Shown here: one piece after another, positions 40,466-51,569 of the stretch
Layout of the letters: each line of letters begins with the position of its first letter
How positions within the stretch are numbered: the stretch's first letter is position 1
Source: Giardia intestinalis
Taxonomy: Eukaryota
Assembly (NCBI GenBank): GCA_000002435.2
Contig: CM018791.1
DNA: 64,000 bases
Reading direction: 5' to 3' (one strand)
Notes under the pieces: generated by a model
What the model saw: only the letters and a program-made list of their open reading frames with translations
The model's database searches: none
What the model was told of the DNA's origin: nothing
Translations under genes and position numbers: made by a program

Positions 40466-42625
40466 TTACTGCATCCACATGAGGGCCGGGGAAGGTGAGC
40501 TGCTGTTCTGTGCCAGCATCGCTTGTGCAATATCTACGACATTGGTTACAGTCATGTTGAAATGGCGGGCCAAATCATCTGGCTTTCCAGAGAATGAAAA
40601 GTCCTCTATCGAGACAGACTTATGTGCATATTTGCCCGCAATTCCGAAAGAGGTATATGGCTCTACACTCAGACACGGAATACCAGGGGTTGTAAGGCAT
40701 GGGAGAACGGCATTCTGTTCAGAGAAGGGCTGGGAGTTGAATATCGTGTAGGATGGCATGGAGACGACACGCACAGAAGCTTCTGGGATCTGCTTGACAA
40801 GGGCATCAGTCGCTTTAAGACACAAACCCACCTCAGACCCGGATGACAAAAGAATGAGATGCTTTCCATCTGTTATGTTTGTTGTAAAGGCACCGAGACC
40901 GCCAGTTTCATGAACCGAATAGGCACCTTTCAACACTGCACGAGCAGATGAATTAGGTACGTCGTCAAGAGCCTGACGGGATAGGCATACGATATGCTGA
41001 AGCTTGGACATGGGGTACGTGTGGGGGTCCTTTGCTTGGAGACCCGTTCCATTGCCGTGTATGGTGATCTTCACATCATCTGCCAGAGCTGTCATGTACA
41101 CACCATAAACCTCAGCCAGGCTGCAAGGGCGCCAATCTATCACTCGTGGCATAGAGCGGATCCAAGCAACAGTTTCTATGGGGTGGTGCGTACCTCCGTC
41201 TTCACCAAGGAAGAAGCTGTCGTGGGTAAAAACATGAATGGCAGGGACTTCGCTAAGTGCTCCGTTACGAATTCCTGCACAGCAGTAGCTAAAGAACATC
41301 AGGAAGGTTGCATCGAAGGAGACAAACCCACCGTGCGCACCAATACCATTCGATATCGCTGCCATCGCGTGCTCGCGAACACCATAATTGACATAATTGC
41401 TGCCCTTAGTGAAGCCATCAGCGACCGCTGTAAATGCGCTAACCTTTGTGAGGTTCGAGGAAGCAAGATCCGCACTGCCAATAAGCATCGAGTCTCCAAG
41501 CACATGGGTAGCGAGGAGGTCCAGAATTTGTTGGCTCATCTGACGAGAAGCCAAGCGCTTCCCCACGTTTGCTGCAACGAGCTTTTCATATTCATGATCT
41601 GCCTTCGCAAACAGCTCACTAAGAGTGCGGTGCTCAAGGCCCTTGAAGCGGCGTTCAATGGTGACGCGTACATCTGGAGCAAGGCGCTCAAAAACATTTT
41701 TGGTCCACTTAGCGTGTGCAGCCTTTTTCTTTGCTATGATGGACTCAAAGTTATTGCGAACTTCGTCAGAGACATGGAACTCCAAGTCCGGGTTGACACC
41801 GATAAGCTCCTTGAACTGACGGGTGCTCTCTCCCAGCGGAGCTCCGTGGACAGCAGCGGTACCCTGCTTGGCGGTTCCATACCCTATAGTTGTCTTGATG
41901 ATGACCAGGGTCGGACAACTCAGGAGACTCGTGTATGCCTTGCCAATGACACTTCTGAGCTCCTCCAAACCAGTGTTTCCATTCTTCACCTCAAGAACTT
42001 GCCACCCGTATGCTTGGTAGCGGCGTGCCACGTCTTCCGTGAAGCTGATCGCAGTTTTACCGTCTATCGTGATTCCATTATCATCATAAAGAACGATCAA
42101 ATTATTAAGCTGCAGGCGCCCTGCAAGGCTGGATGCTTCCGCACTGACGCCCTCTTGAAGACAACCATCGCCAACGACGCAAATAACCTTATTGGTGAAG
42201 ACGCCCGGATATTGCGCAGCAGCGCACTTGGAGGCCAAAGCCATGCCAACGGCGCTCCCGATGCCTTGGCCAAGAGCACCCGTCGTTATCTCAATCCCAC
42301 GAGAGATGTCTCTCTCAGGATGACCAGGTGTGTGACTGCCAAGCTGGCGGAAGTGACGAAGATCATCCATAGAAAGGTTATACCCAAATAGATGTAGAAG
42401 GGAGTAAATTAATGGAGACGCGTGCCCATTTGACAATACAAAGCGGTCCCTGTTGATCCAGAGAGGGTCGCTGGGATCGAATTGGAGAAACTCCTTGAAT
42501 AGGATATATGCGGCCGGGGCAAACCCAATAGGCGTCCCTGGGTGCCCAGAATTTGCGGCATTGACCTGGTCCACAGAAAGACAGCGGATGGCGTTGATAC
42601 AGCGCCCGTCTATTCCGTCAAGCAT
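40466..42625 (-). CDS. transketolase
   Basis: 719 aa with ATG verified, preceded by gcttttaaaaATG. The N-terminal TPP-binding region has ...ANSGHPGTPIGFAP...SNGHASPLIYSLLHLFGY.... The GDG(C)LQEG motif and a transketolase C-terminal domain are present. Confidence 0.95.
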   Translation of the reverse strand: MLDGIDGRCINAIRCLSVDQVNAANSGHPGTPIGFAPAAYILFKEFLQFDPSDPLWINRDRFVLSNGHASPLIYSLLHLFGYNLSMDDLRHFRQLGSHTPGHPERDISRGIEITTGALGQGIGSAVGMALASKCAAAQYPGVFTNKVICVVGDGCLQEGVSAEASSLAGRLQLNNLIVLYDDNGITIDGKTAISFTEDVARRYQAYGWQVLEVKNGNTGLEELRSVIGKAYTSLLSCPTLVIIKTTIGYGTAKQGTAAVHGAPLGESTRQFKELIGVNPDLEFHVSDEVRNNFESIIAKKKAAHAKWTKNVFERLAPDVRVTIERRFKGLEHRTLSELFAKADHEYEKLVAANVGKRLASRQMSQQILDLLATHVLGDSMLIGSADLASSNLTKVSAFTAVADGFTKGSNYVNYGVREHAMAAISNGIGAHGGFVSFDATFLMFFSYCCAGIRNGALSEVPAIHVFTHDSFFLGEDGGTHHPIETVAWIRSMPRVIDWRPCSLAEVYGVYMTALADDVKITIHGNGTGLQAKDPHTYPMSKLQHIVCLSRQALDDVPNSSARAVLKGAYSVHETGGLGAFTTNITDGKHLILLSSGSEVGLCLKATDALVKQIPEASVRVVSMPSYTIFNSQPFSEQNAVLPCLTTPGIPCLSVEPYTSFGIAGKYAHKSVSIEDFSFSGKPDDLARHFNMTVTNVVDIAQAMLAQNSSSPSPALMWMQ

Positions 42626-43028
42626 TTTTAAAAGCTAAGTGTATATTATAGTTTGAAGATATGCTTTCTGGTAGCACGTTTTGTAAATTGATAAGAGGAG
42701 TCTTCAAGAATAATCTTACTTTTCCAAGCTATTCAATATGCACCCGTTACAAACAAAGGTATAGCTCCGTTTATGGCTACTTTAATAGGAGAAACTAGCC
42801 TGCATGCTCTTTTACTTTAAAGGATGGCCCTTCCGCAAGATTAGCTCCATCCTTTTTCCAGTCAGATCCTTCAGGTAAATCAAAGTGAGGCATTATTAGC
42901 AGGGCAAACTTCTGTCCTAAGAGCAGAACATGTATAGAGCAAATTTTACGAGCTGAAGAAAGCGCCATGCAACACAGTTTAGTTGCTCCAAATCGTAGAA
43001 ATAAAAATCCAAAGCAAAATTCATATCT

Positions 43029-44687
43029 ATGGAAGCGCCCCCCAACATTAATCTGAAGGTGGATCATACATCCCACCTCAACATCCACGGAGACAATGAG
43101 CCTAAGACTCAGAAGGATCTCCTCGAGCTCTCTCGTAAGTACAGGCACATGGAAGGTGACCGCAAGATGTACGCAGACGAAGCACAGCTGACGATACGTC
43201 GCCAGAACCAAGTAATGGAGCGTCTTACTAATGAAAATAACCAGCTTCGTGAACGGGTAGCCGAGGCGACCCACAAGGCGGGCGGCAACGCATCTCGGTT
43301 TTCAGAGGCTGAAGCGCTGATTGCGAAAAAGGCTCTTTTCGAGCAAAAGATAGCTCAAGAGCGTGAAGCAATCCGTGCTGTTGAGCGAAAGCTCAAGGCC
43401 GCCGACAAGGCGATGGATGATCTGCGGCGTGAGCGTGCCACGGCAGAGGCAGCCAGACCGACTGCGGCAACGGTGGAGAAACACGTCGGCCTCTTGGAAA
43501 ATCGATTGCAGCAGGCGTCATGCAAATATAACGACATACTGGCAGAAAACCGCAAGCTACGCTCTGAAATCGAGAATCTCCGATCAGAGCATCTTGCATT
43601 CGAGAAGATACATTCTGGTTTGGTCAAGGATTCAGAGGCAAAGATAGCGGAGATGACAAAGCTCATGGATCGCGCCCGCGAGGAGTTCAAACATCGCGAA
43701 GACACGCAGGAGCAGCTTATTAGGCTTAGAGAGCAATCTCAAAAAGAAGCGAGCGCATTCCAAGAGGAGTGGACAGAGCTGGGGCGCATTTTGGAGCGAG
43801 ACGCTAGGCGACGTCAGCTCCAACAACAACAATTAGAACAGCAAAGACAGCACCTTCAGGACCAAGCAGCCACTAAGATGAATGCGACTGCGAAGTCTGA
43901 GGGAGAGTTGGAGCAAGCCGACAAGGTCAGTGACGAAGCAGCTTATGAGCGGGCCTTCCGTGCTATTATTGAAAGCGGGTGCTATCCTGCTGTCAATCAG
44001 GCAATTCGCGAAGCACATGGAGACAGCATACCGAACTACTCTTCAATGCGCCTTACAGAGGGAATGATTAACCACATTGTTGACTCGTTCATAGTTGGAG
44101 AAGAGCATAACTTTTCTCTCTTTACACTCACTAACGAGTTGAGAGCCGAATTGGAGACCAAAGAAGAAGAGCTCTACAAGCTTAAGTCAGATTTAGTATC
44201 TGCGAAACGTCGCAAGCAGGAGGCAGATTCAAACATGAAATCCGAGATTCAAGCTTTGGAATCACAGCTCGCAGCCATCAAAGCAACCGGCGAGGGCTTC
44301 GAGCAACAGTTTGACAGGCTCAATGCAAGCATGAATACAATCTATGAGCTAATAGAGTATATCTTCCGAGAGTCTGGATGTGAGAACATAGGAGGAATCA
44401 GTGCTATCAGTGATAACATTGAGAGTAACTTTGTCACCAGTGAAAATGTGATCATTCACCTCAGCGCCGTCGAATCTGCAGTTGATGGCTTGATCGGGAA
44501 GCTTCTTATGCTCCTAAATACAAACGCTATATCCCGAGAGTCTGCGCGCGACATCCTACACATGGAGCTAAGCAACGACGTCGTCTCTACCCTTGCACCT
44601 GCCGCTGCCGCGCTGCTGAAAACGGTTAACAAACCTCTAGACGACCATATAAGCTTTGGAGATTTTGCTGGTGACGAGCTTATTTAA
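43029..44687 (+). CDS. coiled-coil protein (552 aa), possibly an axonemal/outer-dynein-arm docking-complex-like protein
   Basis: ATG verified with an A-rich upstream region. Long heptad-rich region (RKLKAADKAMDDLRRERA..., QQQLEQQRQHLQ). The N-terminal MEGDRKMYADEAQ motif is reminiscent of the CCDC63/114 family. The family assignment is low confidence. Confidence 0.55.
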   Translation: MEAPPNINLKVDHTSHLNIHGDNEPKTQKDLLELSRKYRHMEGDRKMYADEAQLTIRRQNQVMERLTNENNQLRERVAEATHKAGGNASRFSEAEALIAKKALFEQKIAQEREAIRAVERKLKAADKAMDDLRRERATAEAARPTAATVEKHVGLLENRLQQASCKYNDILAENRKLRSEIENLRSEHLAFEKIHSGLVKDSEAKIAEMTKLMDRAREEFKHREDTQEQLIRLREQSQKEASAFQEEWTELGRILERDARRRQLQQQQLEQQRQHLQDQAATKMNATAKSEGELEQADKVSDEAAYERAFRAIIESGCYPAVNQAIREAHGDSIPNYSSMRLTEGMINHIVDSFIVGEEHNFSLFTLTNELRAELETKEEELYKLKSDLVSAKRRKQEADSNMKSEIQALESQLAAIKATGEGFEQQFDRLNASMNTIYELIEYIFRESGCENIGGISAISDNIESNFVTSENVIIHLSAVESAVDGLIGKLLMLLNTNAISRESARDILHMELSNDVVSTLAPAAAALLKTVNKPLDDHISFGDFAGDELI

Positions 44688-44782
44688 GCTTTCTATCTGT
44701 CAGGTAAATTTCCCTGCGACAATTTCCCTGTCATGCGTTGTGTTGGTTTTTAAAAAATCTGGGGCGCCAAACTTGTTGAACC

Positions 44783-46852
44783 ATGACTGTCTATCGCGAT
44801 AACATACACGGATCTATAGAGATTGAACCGTATGCCATGCTCATTATCAACACACCGCATTTCACGCGACTTCGTTATCTTTCTCAGTTAGGCTCAACTA
44901 GATATATTTACTCGTCTGCAACACATTCCAGATACGAGCACTCTATCGGTGTCTATCACCTCACAAAACTGCTGCTGGACGTAATTTACTCTTCAAAGAA
45001 GCAGTGCCACCGGCGGCTCCGTCAGCTTGTCTGTATCGCGGCCCTGTGCCATGATCTAGGCCACGGGCCCTTTTCGCACCTTTTTGATCTGCTTCTAACA
45101 GCTCACTACCCATCTGCACCACTGCACGAGCATCGGTCTTGTGTTATCTTTGAGGATCTGCTGAAGTATATTAGAGACAATCATCCAGAGGAATACCAAA
45201 CCCATCTTAGTATAGATTCTTCAGAACTAGAAGCCATCCGCTCGCTGATCCTCGGAAAGCTCCCAGCGAGTGAGGATTTCAGGAAACGGGAGTATCTGTG
45301 TAGAATCGTGAGCAACTCCGTGTGCGGAATAGACATGGATCGCCTGGATTACCTGCTTCGAGATAGTAAGGCACTGGGCCTTGGGGTCACGATTGACCTG
45401 ATAGAGCTGATCAAGTCGGTAACATTGCGGAGCATTAAGCCGAAGTCAATCGGGGCTTCTGAGGGTTGTCAACAGCAGCAATCTAGGTGTGTTATTTGTT
45501 ATCCTAGTAGGCTATCTTTTGAGATAAGCCAGATTTTTCATACGCGGTATAGCTTATTCAAGATGGCATACAATTCACCGGCTTCTCGCTCTGTTGACGC
45601 TATGCTTAAAGATATCTTGACACTTGCAACTGATGCGGGATTTTTAAATTTAGGCCAGGTTATTGAAGAACCCTTGACAATCAATAAGTTGGACGATCGC
45701 ATTATCTATACTATTCGACAATCTCTTGACCTTCTTCCCGCTGATAATCACAGTGAGCTGAGGAGTTTGTTGCGACGCTTTGACGTCAACGATTTTTACA
45801 TGGTCCTTTTCTCGCACTCCTTCCCTGCAGACGCGCATCAACATCCCTTGGGCGATCCATCAGTAAGCTGTAGCTGCAAAGTAGAGTTTGTGCGGTACCT
45901 TCTTTCTGCAGTTATGTCCGACGAAGAAATTCGCGCCAACATAATAATAGATGCCTGTGATCTTCACCACGGAAAGAAAGCAGCCAACCCAAATTTATAT
46001 GTACCGTATTACAACGGTGACTTTACTGACATAACTGATGAGCTTATGACGGAGCTGTTTCCAACGCTTCCGCCGAGCACGTCCACGATACAGCACAACA
46101 TAGTTCTTAAGCCGATCGACGCTGGTAGCCAATACACAGATTTAGGTATTCAAAATAGCCGTCAATTCAATCCCGGGTTGCAAGATGATGTTTCTACCAT
46201 GGAGCTGTTATTGATTGAGCAGAACTTTAACGTTGATCAGCGGACCCAAGACTTAATAGAAGCACCAGACAATGTGCTCACCAATTCTCCTCCACAATAT
46301 CAGAGCCATAGCCAAATGTACAGTAACGATGATTACTCTGCGCCAGCATCTACTTCTGTTGACAGTTTAATAGCAGGATACATCAAGGCCTCTCAAAAGA
46401 AGGACGCAGAAAGCAATGCTCTCGAAACAGAACAGCGGTCAAATGTGAGGTCCTATGAGGCGCAAGGGATGCTGAGCGTAAGCAGTTTCCAAGAGACAAT
46501 GATTAATATCTATCTTCGACCATCAAAGCATTCTCCCGACTTTTCTGCGCTTCTAGAAAGATGTCTGCGCCAAATCATGACGGCCTTTATTAGGTACATG
46601 CGGGTTTACAATCTGTGGTTTAACATGTTGGCAGCTATCCCTGGTGACTGCACCAAGCTCTTCACAAACCCTCAAGAACTACACATAGAAAAAAAGATTG
46701 CCTATCACATAACTGGGGAAAGACATCTATCAACTCCTCCGGCCACCAGAGAGTCAGTTCGGCACCCCTTTTCATCTGCCAGCTCATTGAACGACTCAGA
46801 CGAGCTGGATGAGGATATGCCAGAGCCCCACATCAAGTACCAAAAGCCATGA
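44783..46852 (+). CDS. SAMHD1-like HD-domain deoxynucleoside triphosphate triphosphohydrolase, 689 aa
   Basis: ATG verified. The N-terminal region has IINTPHFTRLRYLSQLG...HSRYEHSIGVYHL...ALCHDLGHGPFSH, matching the SAMHD1 HD domain (H...HD...D metal ligands). The long C-terminal extension is low complexity. Confidence 0.8.
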   Translation: MTVYRDNIHGSIEIEPYAMLIINTPHFTRLRYLSQLGSTRYIYSSATHSRYEHSIGVYHLTKLLLDVIYSSKKQCHRRLRQLVCIAALCHDLGHGPFSHLFDLLLTAHYPSAPLHEHRSCVIFEDLLKYIRDNHPEEYQTHLSIDSSELEAIRSLILGKLPASEDFRKREYLCRIVSNSVCGIDMDRLDYLLRDSKALGLGVTIDLIELIKSVTLRSIKPKSIGASEGCQQQQSRCVICYPSRLSFEISQIFHTRYSLFKMAYNSPASRSVDAMLKDILTLATDAGFLNLGQVIEEPLTINKLDDRIIYTIRQSLDLLPADNHSELRSLLRRFDVNDFYMVLFSHSFPADAHQHPLGDPSVSCSCKVEFVRYLLSAVMSDEEIRANIIIDACDLHHGKKAANPNLYVPYYNGDFTDITDELMTELFPTLPPSTSTIQHNIVLKPIDAGSQYTDLGIQNSRQFNPGLQDDVSTMELLLIEQNFNVDQRTQDLIEAPDNVLTNSPPQYQSHSQMYSNDDYSAPASTSVDSLIAGYIKASQKKDAESNALETEQRSNVRSYEAQGMLSVSSFQETMINIYLRPSKHSPDFSALLERCLRQIMTAFIRYMRVYNLWFNMLAAIPGDCTKLFTNPQELHIEKKIAYHITGERHLSTPPATRESVRHPFSSASSLNDSDELDEDMPEPHIKYQKP

Positions 46853-46889
46853 CAGGTCTGGTACCTGTGACATGCACTTGTGATGTCCC

Positions 46890-47306
46890 TTATAAGCCCT
46901 CGAAAAGAAGCTCTGCTTTCTTCCTATTTTCCTCTGTATAATCTACCTGAGCATTCTCTATATCCATTTTAATTTGCGCATTAAGCTCTTCAATGCCGGA
47001 AAATTTTATAGGAGAGCGGAGGCGGCGCTGGATAGTTGTGTATAAAGTGGCTCCATAAAAGTCCTCGGGGAACGTAGCGAGAATGTGCACCTCCAACGTT
47101 TTGCTTTTATTAGCAAATGTGGGGTTCTTACCGTATGAAATGACTGCGGGGAGAACGTCTCCGCTTAATTCCACACGCGCCCAGCCGCTAAAGACCCCGT
47201 CTTCTAGTTGATCCTGATTTGATAAGACGAGGTTGGCTGTTTTGAAATTAATCACCCGGCCTCGCTGGAAGCCCCTCACGACCGTCCCCTTTGTGCAAAA
47301 GATCAT
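46890..47306 (-). CDS. riboflavin kinase (FMN-forming)
   Basis: 138 aa with ATG verified. Motifs: RGFQRGRV..FKTANL (substrate/ATP loop), GVFSGWA, ISYGKNPTF, EVHIL..FPEDFYG. Confidence 0.75.
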   Translation of the reverse strand: MIFCTKGTVVRGFQRGRVINFKTANLVLSNQDQLEDGVFSGWARVELSGDVLPAVISYGKNPTFANKSKTLEVHILATFPEDFYGATLYTTIQRRLRSPIKFSGIEELNAQIKMDIENAQVDYTEENRKKAELLFEGL

Positions 47307-47395
47307 AATTCTATCCTTTACTCGCTTCTGTTGTATTCTGTTATGTATTTGTAATATAAAGTAAAATGTCCAATTTTAATTTAACTTGACCCTTC

Positions 47396-50300
47396 ATGAA
47401 AACCATGCTCCAAGGGAAGGCCCAGGAGAAGAGTCCTGCCCAGCTTGACGAGCTTCTCCTCTGTGCAATGAACTGCTACCACAATGGGCATTATGAAAAG
47501 GCGCTCACTGTCTTTCAGATTATCGCTCTGAGTGTGAAGGTGATACCATCATCCCTTTGGCTTGCGTGCGCCGCATGCCTCGCCGAAATCGGGCATGTGT
47601 CGGAGTGCATCCTCGTCGTGCAATATGTCTGCAGCCAGCAGCTCAGTAGAGAGCTCCGCCTCGAGGCACTGACAATCGTGATATCTGCCATCCTGAACGA
47701 GACCTTGTCCACAAGAAACACTCAACATCTTCTTCAATTAGAAGCATACATATTTGAGCTACGGGCCATAGACGAGACAAATCCTTTGATCTTCATAACC
47801 TATGCTCTATTCTTTACTCGCACATACAGCTTGGCTCTTCCAAGCTACTTTACCAGCGAGTACATTGAAACTGTCACCTCCCAGTCTCTTCTAGCAGAGT
47901 TCTACAGAGCCCGGCTTCTCCACACCATGGGCAAGGTGTCTGCTGCCAATGAGCTATATGAAAAGGTCTATCACTCCACGGAGATTTTGTGTCGTGATAC
48001 GCACACGCTACAATATGAGCATTACAAAGCCCTTTATAATGCAGCCCTGGAGGGATCGCTTATCTCTGAGCTGTACATATACTGTGTGCTAAAAGGACGG
48101 ACAGAGATGTGCTCTCTCGGCTATGTAGACCTACATGCCAATGGGGACGACAGTGGTCTGTTCACAGATGTGGATGAACAACAGGAGGACTCTCGCACGG
48201 TACACAAATCTGTTCGTGTCGAGTCCCAGATTTCTAGAGTACAAACGCGAATCCATATGCACTACGCCGCTTTGGCCAAAAGCGGTATATCTCTAGCGCC
48301 AAACATTGTAATGCTTGTCGCATTAGTAACGCAAGGAAGTGACATTCTCGTCAAGCAGGTCTCTGGGTCCATCAACCCTCTTCTCATCACCCCCATACTA
48401 CATCTCAATCGCTTTTCATACTCCAACGCAAAGGATTTAGTATTAGCCATTGCCTCTAGCTTATCATACCTGCTCTTGATAAACGTACAGCCAAATGACC
48501 ATGGCATGGGCGAACAATCAAGTCGCATACAGTATATTAGGTTAGTTGATCATCCAGGATATCGCTCAATACTTAATAATGGTGCTCGAACAGCGATGAA
48601 TGACCTCCGGTGGCATGAGTTCCCCTGTTTTGCCGCAGAGGGCTCACAAGGTCTTTCGTCTTTCTTGACACCTTTTTTATCTCTGGATTTAGATACTCTT
48701 TTAATACTTATACGTGAGGGGAACTTTGAGGATTCTTTTGCGAGAGATTTTATAGCAATCTTTCCCGATTTGTTTTATAACATTGCGCTCATAGCACTGC
48801 GCGCTTCTGACTATTCTATCACGCTCCTCTTCCTCTGCATCAGTATATATGCATCTGCTGTGAAGTTTCTGCTGTTAGGTGGGGTTGCCAATGCGCCCTT
48901 GTCAAACATCAGTGCAACTAAGCTGCACCTTGTCAGCATTGCTTCTTCCATCAAGCTCTTCCACGACTCACCAGCAATTCTCGAGACACGCCCAGACATC
49001 TTGAAGATTCTTCTCCATGCACCCTTTGATACCTGCTACGCACTCTGCTACTTCCTTAAGACCTTCGGCTTCTCCAGGCCATCCCTATACTTAGCTATTA
49101 CGCTCTCTCATCTGTATTTCACCCCAAAGCTTCCCATTTTCATAGCCAATCTGCTGCGTGCAGAGGGGGCTCCTCCCCTTATCCAGGCGTTCTATTTATT
49201 TGGTCCCAGAGCCACAGCAGTTCTGTCCACTAACAGCACAGATTCTAGAACTATTTGGAATTTGGAGGCTCTGAACTCCATACATCCTCGTCTGCTTGCT
49301 TACCTTGCACTTTTGGTAGATCCTACGGATCAGTCCGAGTCTATATCCGTGTACCAGAAGGCACTAAGCACAAGCATAAAGGCTCAAGAAAAGAATAAGA
49401 TCAGTCAGCTCTTTTGTGAAACAGCCATGATTTACCTCGTTACAACGAAGATATGCTACTACGTCTCTCAGAAGTATCTAGTGAGGAATTTGCACTCAGA
49501 TTTCGGCAAAGATATCTCGTTATTTAACAGAATTGCGCAGGATAATGAGGACGTTGTAAGGTTTTTGACTAAATTGATAGTGGGCTTAAATGAGAAGCTC
49601 GCAAATTACGAAAAGACAGTCGATTACTATTACAAATACTTGAACACTGAGTCGTACACAAAGCATAGGTCGTTTGACTATTCACCAACTGTTTTCAACC
49701 TAAAGATGTGTCTTACCAACTTAACATCAGCAAAAGCTGCGCTCTGTGGAGTGTACGGTCAGTCTCTTCTTAACATGACGTGTCTCCTTAATCATATTAG
49801 TTCTCCTGCTTCATGTGATAGGAAGGCTTACATGGGATATACGTTCACAGCCGGCTGCATAGGTCTTGCACATAGCAGCCCTACAGCTGCTTCATATTTT
49901 CAAAACGCACTAATCTCAGGGCTTCTTATGTGTGTGCTTCCTAGATCTACCACTGACCAGTCCGGTGCCTATCTCCTGTCAGTGCTTACACATGCCAACA
50001 AGAACTACGAACGGATACTAGAAATCTATAATTCTAGCGCACAGGGCGCTGAAGGAAGGACAAAGGAGCCTATCTGTCTTACGTCCCCCGAAGTCGATGC
50101 GGAAATTCGAAATATCTCTCCGATAATCCCCCTTTCTCTCCTTCTCTATCTATCTGTCGCTCTCTATGACGCTGGAAGCTATATGGAATGTCTGTCTATT
50201 TTGAAAACACTACTACTGCAGTATCCTCTCCCAAGATACCCTCTACTGAGCACCCTACTAGTCACAGTATTGGAGGCTGTAATTGCTCCTATGAGCGAGC

Positions 50301-51544
50301 ACGTAATAGGAAGGAAGGTCAAGCTTTTGCAGGCGGAGCTGCGGAGAGTACTTTTTGAGCAGCAACTTGACAGCAACAAAGAGTATGATTGGCTCTTCGC
50401 AAACCAATCTGGTGCCCAGTCCAGATTAAGCAATAAGGCCGTTCTGCCGGAGATAGAGAAGACACAGAAACTATGTGAAGATCTCAATTCTCTCACAGGA
50501 ATGCCATCAAACGATATACTATTGAAAATGTCAGAAACCTATGCAAGAACTGAAAATGGATATAGTCCACTCAGTGTTATCCGGGAAAAGATAATCGCTG
50601 CAATCAACGAGCAGCTGGAGGCTATCAGTTCTTTAAAAACACGGTTCAGTGTGCAGCTAGACAATCTCATGGAATTATACAAGACCACGGCTAATCTATT
50701 TCAACTGACCAAACAAGATGCAGAGCTCTGCATAATGTACCTGGGCGTAATGAGTAGCTTGATACAGGAGACGGCGTCTTGTGTGCAGAGCGATGCCTCG
50801 ACGGTTGGATCAGAGTCGTTGTTCCTTAATATACCCTCCTATCCATGGCTCTCAGCAACATATCCAAGGTTCCTGAGCAAAATAGGATCGTCTAAGTCCA
50901 CCTTCTCCATGTACTTATCTCCAGATACCGATTACAACTCCTACCAACTGGAGGCCATGTCTGATAGATATGGGGTTCCCGTATATGTGGAGTCCTTTGT
51001 AAGGAGCTATATGTCTATCCACAGAATACCTCTTATTCGTAAGGTGAGAGATTATTATGCATATTACCTTAAGGAAGTAGAAAATATCAATAGAACAGAC
51101 GCCCTGGTAAAACGGCTCAAAGACTTGGAAAAGATGCTCATAAAGGCAATAATAACCTGCCAAACAGTTGTGAGGAATGCGCAGTACACTAAGTCTGCGG
51201 TAAAGCTGGATATACACGCTATAGCAAGACAAAACGAAGAGCTTATGAGACGGAACGACGAGGCCATCGGATTGCATGACCAGCACCGCTACAGGCTTGG
51301 TGAAAGAGCATCAAAGGAGCATCAGAAGAAACGAAGAGTACAGCACCCTCTGGATGCAGAGCTGGAGCAGAGAGATGAGTACTTATGGGAGGTGCATAAT
51401 ACTGAGGTGGGAGTAGGGTCTGATAGACATGATAGCACACCTATAAGCTCGCGAGACAATGTGTATGAGGAGAATGACCTTCTGGATCCCCAGATGCCCT
51501 TAAATATGGAAGGCACAAGGCTCGACGAGAATGACGACATTTAA
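47396..51544 (+). CDS. large hypothetical protein (1382 aa), helical-repeat-rich with coiled-coil C-terminus
   Basis: ATG verified. Uninterrupted 4.1-kb ORF with no confidently recognised domain. Confidence 0.55.
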   Translation: MKTMLQGKAQEKSPAQLDELLLCAMNCYHNGHYEKALTVFQIIALSVKVIPSSLWLACAACLAEIGHVSECILVVQYVCSQQLSRELRLEALTIVISAILNETLSTRNTQHLLQLEAYIFELRAIDETNPLIFITYALFFTRTYSLALPSYFTSEYIETVTSQSLLAEFYRARLLHTMGKVSAANELYEKVYHSTEILCRDTHTLQYEHYKALYNAALEGSLISELYIYCVLKGRTEMCSLGYVDLHANGDDSGLFTDVDEQQEDSRTVHKSVRVESQISRVQTRIHMHYAALAKSGISLAPNIVMLVALVTQGSDILVKQVSGSINPLLITPILHLNRFSYSNAKDLVLAIASSLSYLLLINVQPNDHGMGEQSSRIQYIRLVDHPGYRSILNNGARTAMNDLRWHEFPCFAAEGSQGLSSFLTPFLSLDLDTLLILIREGNFEDSFARDFIAIFPDLFYNIALIALRASDYSITLLFLCISIYASAVKFLLLGGVANAPLSNISATKLHLVSIASSIKLFHDSPAILETRPDILKILLHAPFDTCYALCYFLKTFGFSRPSLYLAITLSHLYFTPKLPIFIANLLRAEGAPPLIQAFYLFGPRATAVLSTNSTDSRTIWNLEALNSIHPRLLAYLALLVDPTDQSESISVYQKALSTSIKAQEKNKISQLFCETAMIYLVTTKICYYVSQKYLVRNLHSDFGKDISLFNRIAQDNEDVVRFLTKLIVGLNEKLANYEKTVDYYYKYLNTESYTKHRSFDYSPTVFNLKMCLTNLTSAKAALCGVYGQSLLNMTCLLNHISSPASCDRKAYMGYTFTAGCIGLAHSSPTAASYFQNALISGLLMCVLPRSTTDQSGAYLLSVLTHANKNYERILEIYNSSAQGAEGRTKEPICLTSPEVDAEIRNISPIIPLSLLLYLSVALYDAGSYMECLSILKTLLLQYPLPRYPLLSTLLVTVLEAVIAPMSEHVIGRKVKLLQAELRRVLFEQQLDSNKEYDWLFANQSGAQSRLSNKAVLPEIEKTQKLCEDLNSLTGMPSNDILLKMSETYARTENGYSPLSVIREKIIAAINEQLEAISSLKTRFSVQLDNLMELYKTTANLFQLTKQDAELCIMYLGVMSSLIQETASCVQSDASTVGSESLFLNIPSYPWLSATYPRFLSKIGSSKSTFSMYLSPDTDYNSYQLEAMSDRYGVPVYVESFVRSYMSIHRIPLIRKVRDYYAYYLKEVENINRTDALVKRLKDLEKMLIKAIITCQTVVRNAQYTKSAVKLDIHAIARQNEELMRRNDEAIGLHDQHRYRLGERASKEHQKKRRVQHPLDAELEQRDEYLWEVHNTEVGVGSDRHDSTPISSRDNVYEENDLLDPQMPLNMEGTRLDENDDI

Positions 51545-51569
51545 TGGAGCTCCCGAATTATCTAGCACT

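Noticed and set aside
42795-43274. 159-aa minus-strand ORF overlapping the start of the coiled-coil gene
   Set aside because: It overlaps a much longer, well-initiated + strand ORF (43029..44687). It has no features and is likely spurious.
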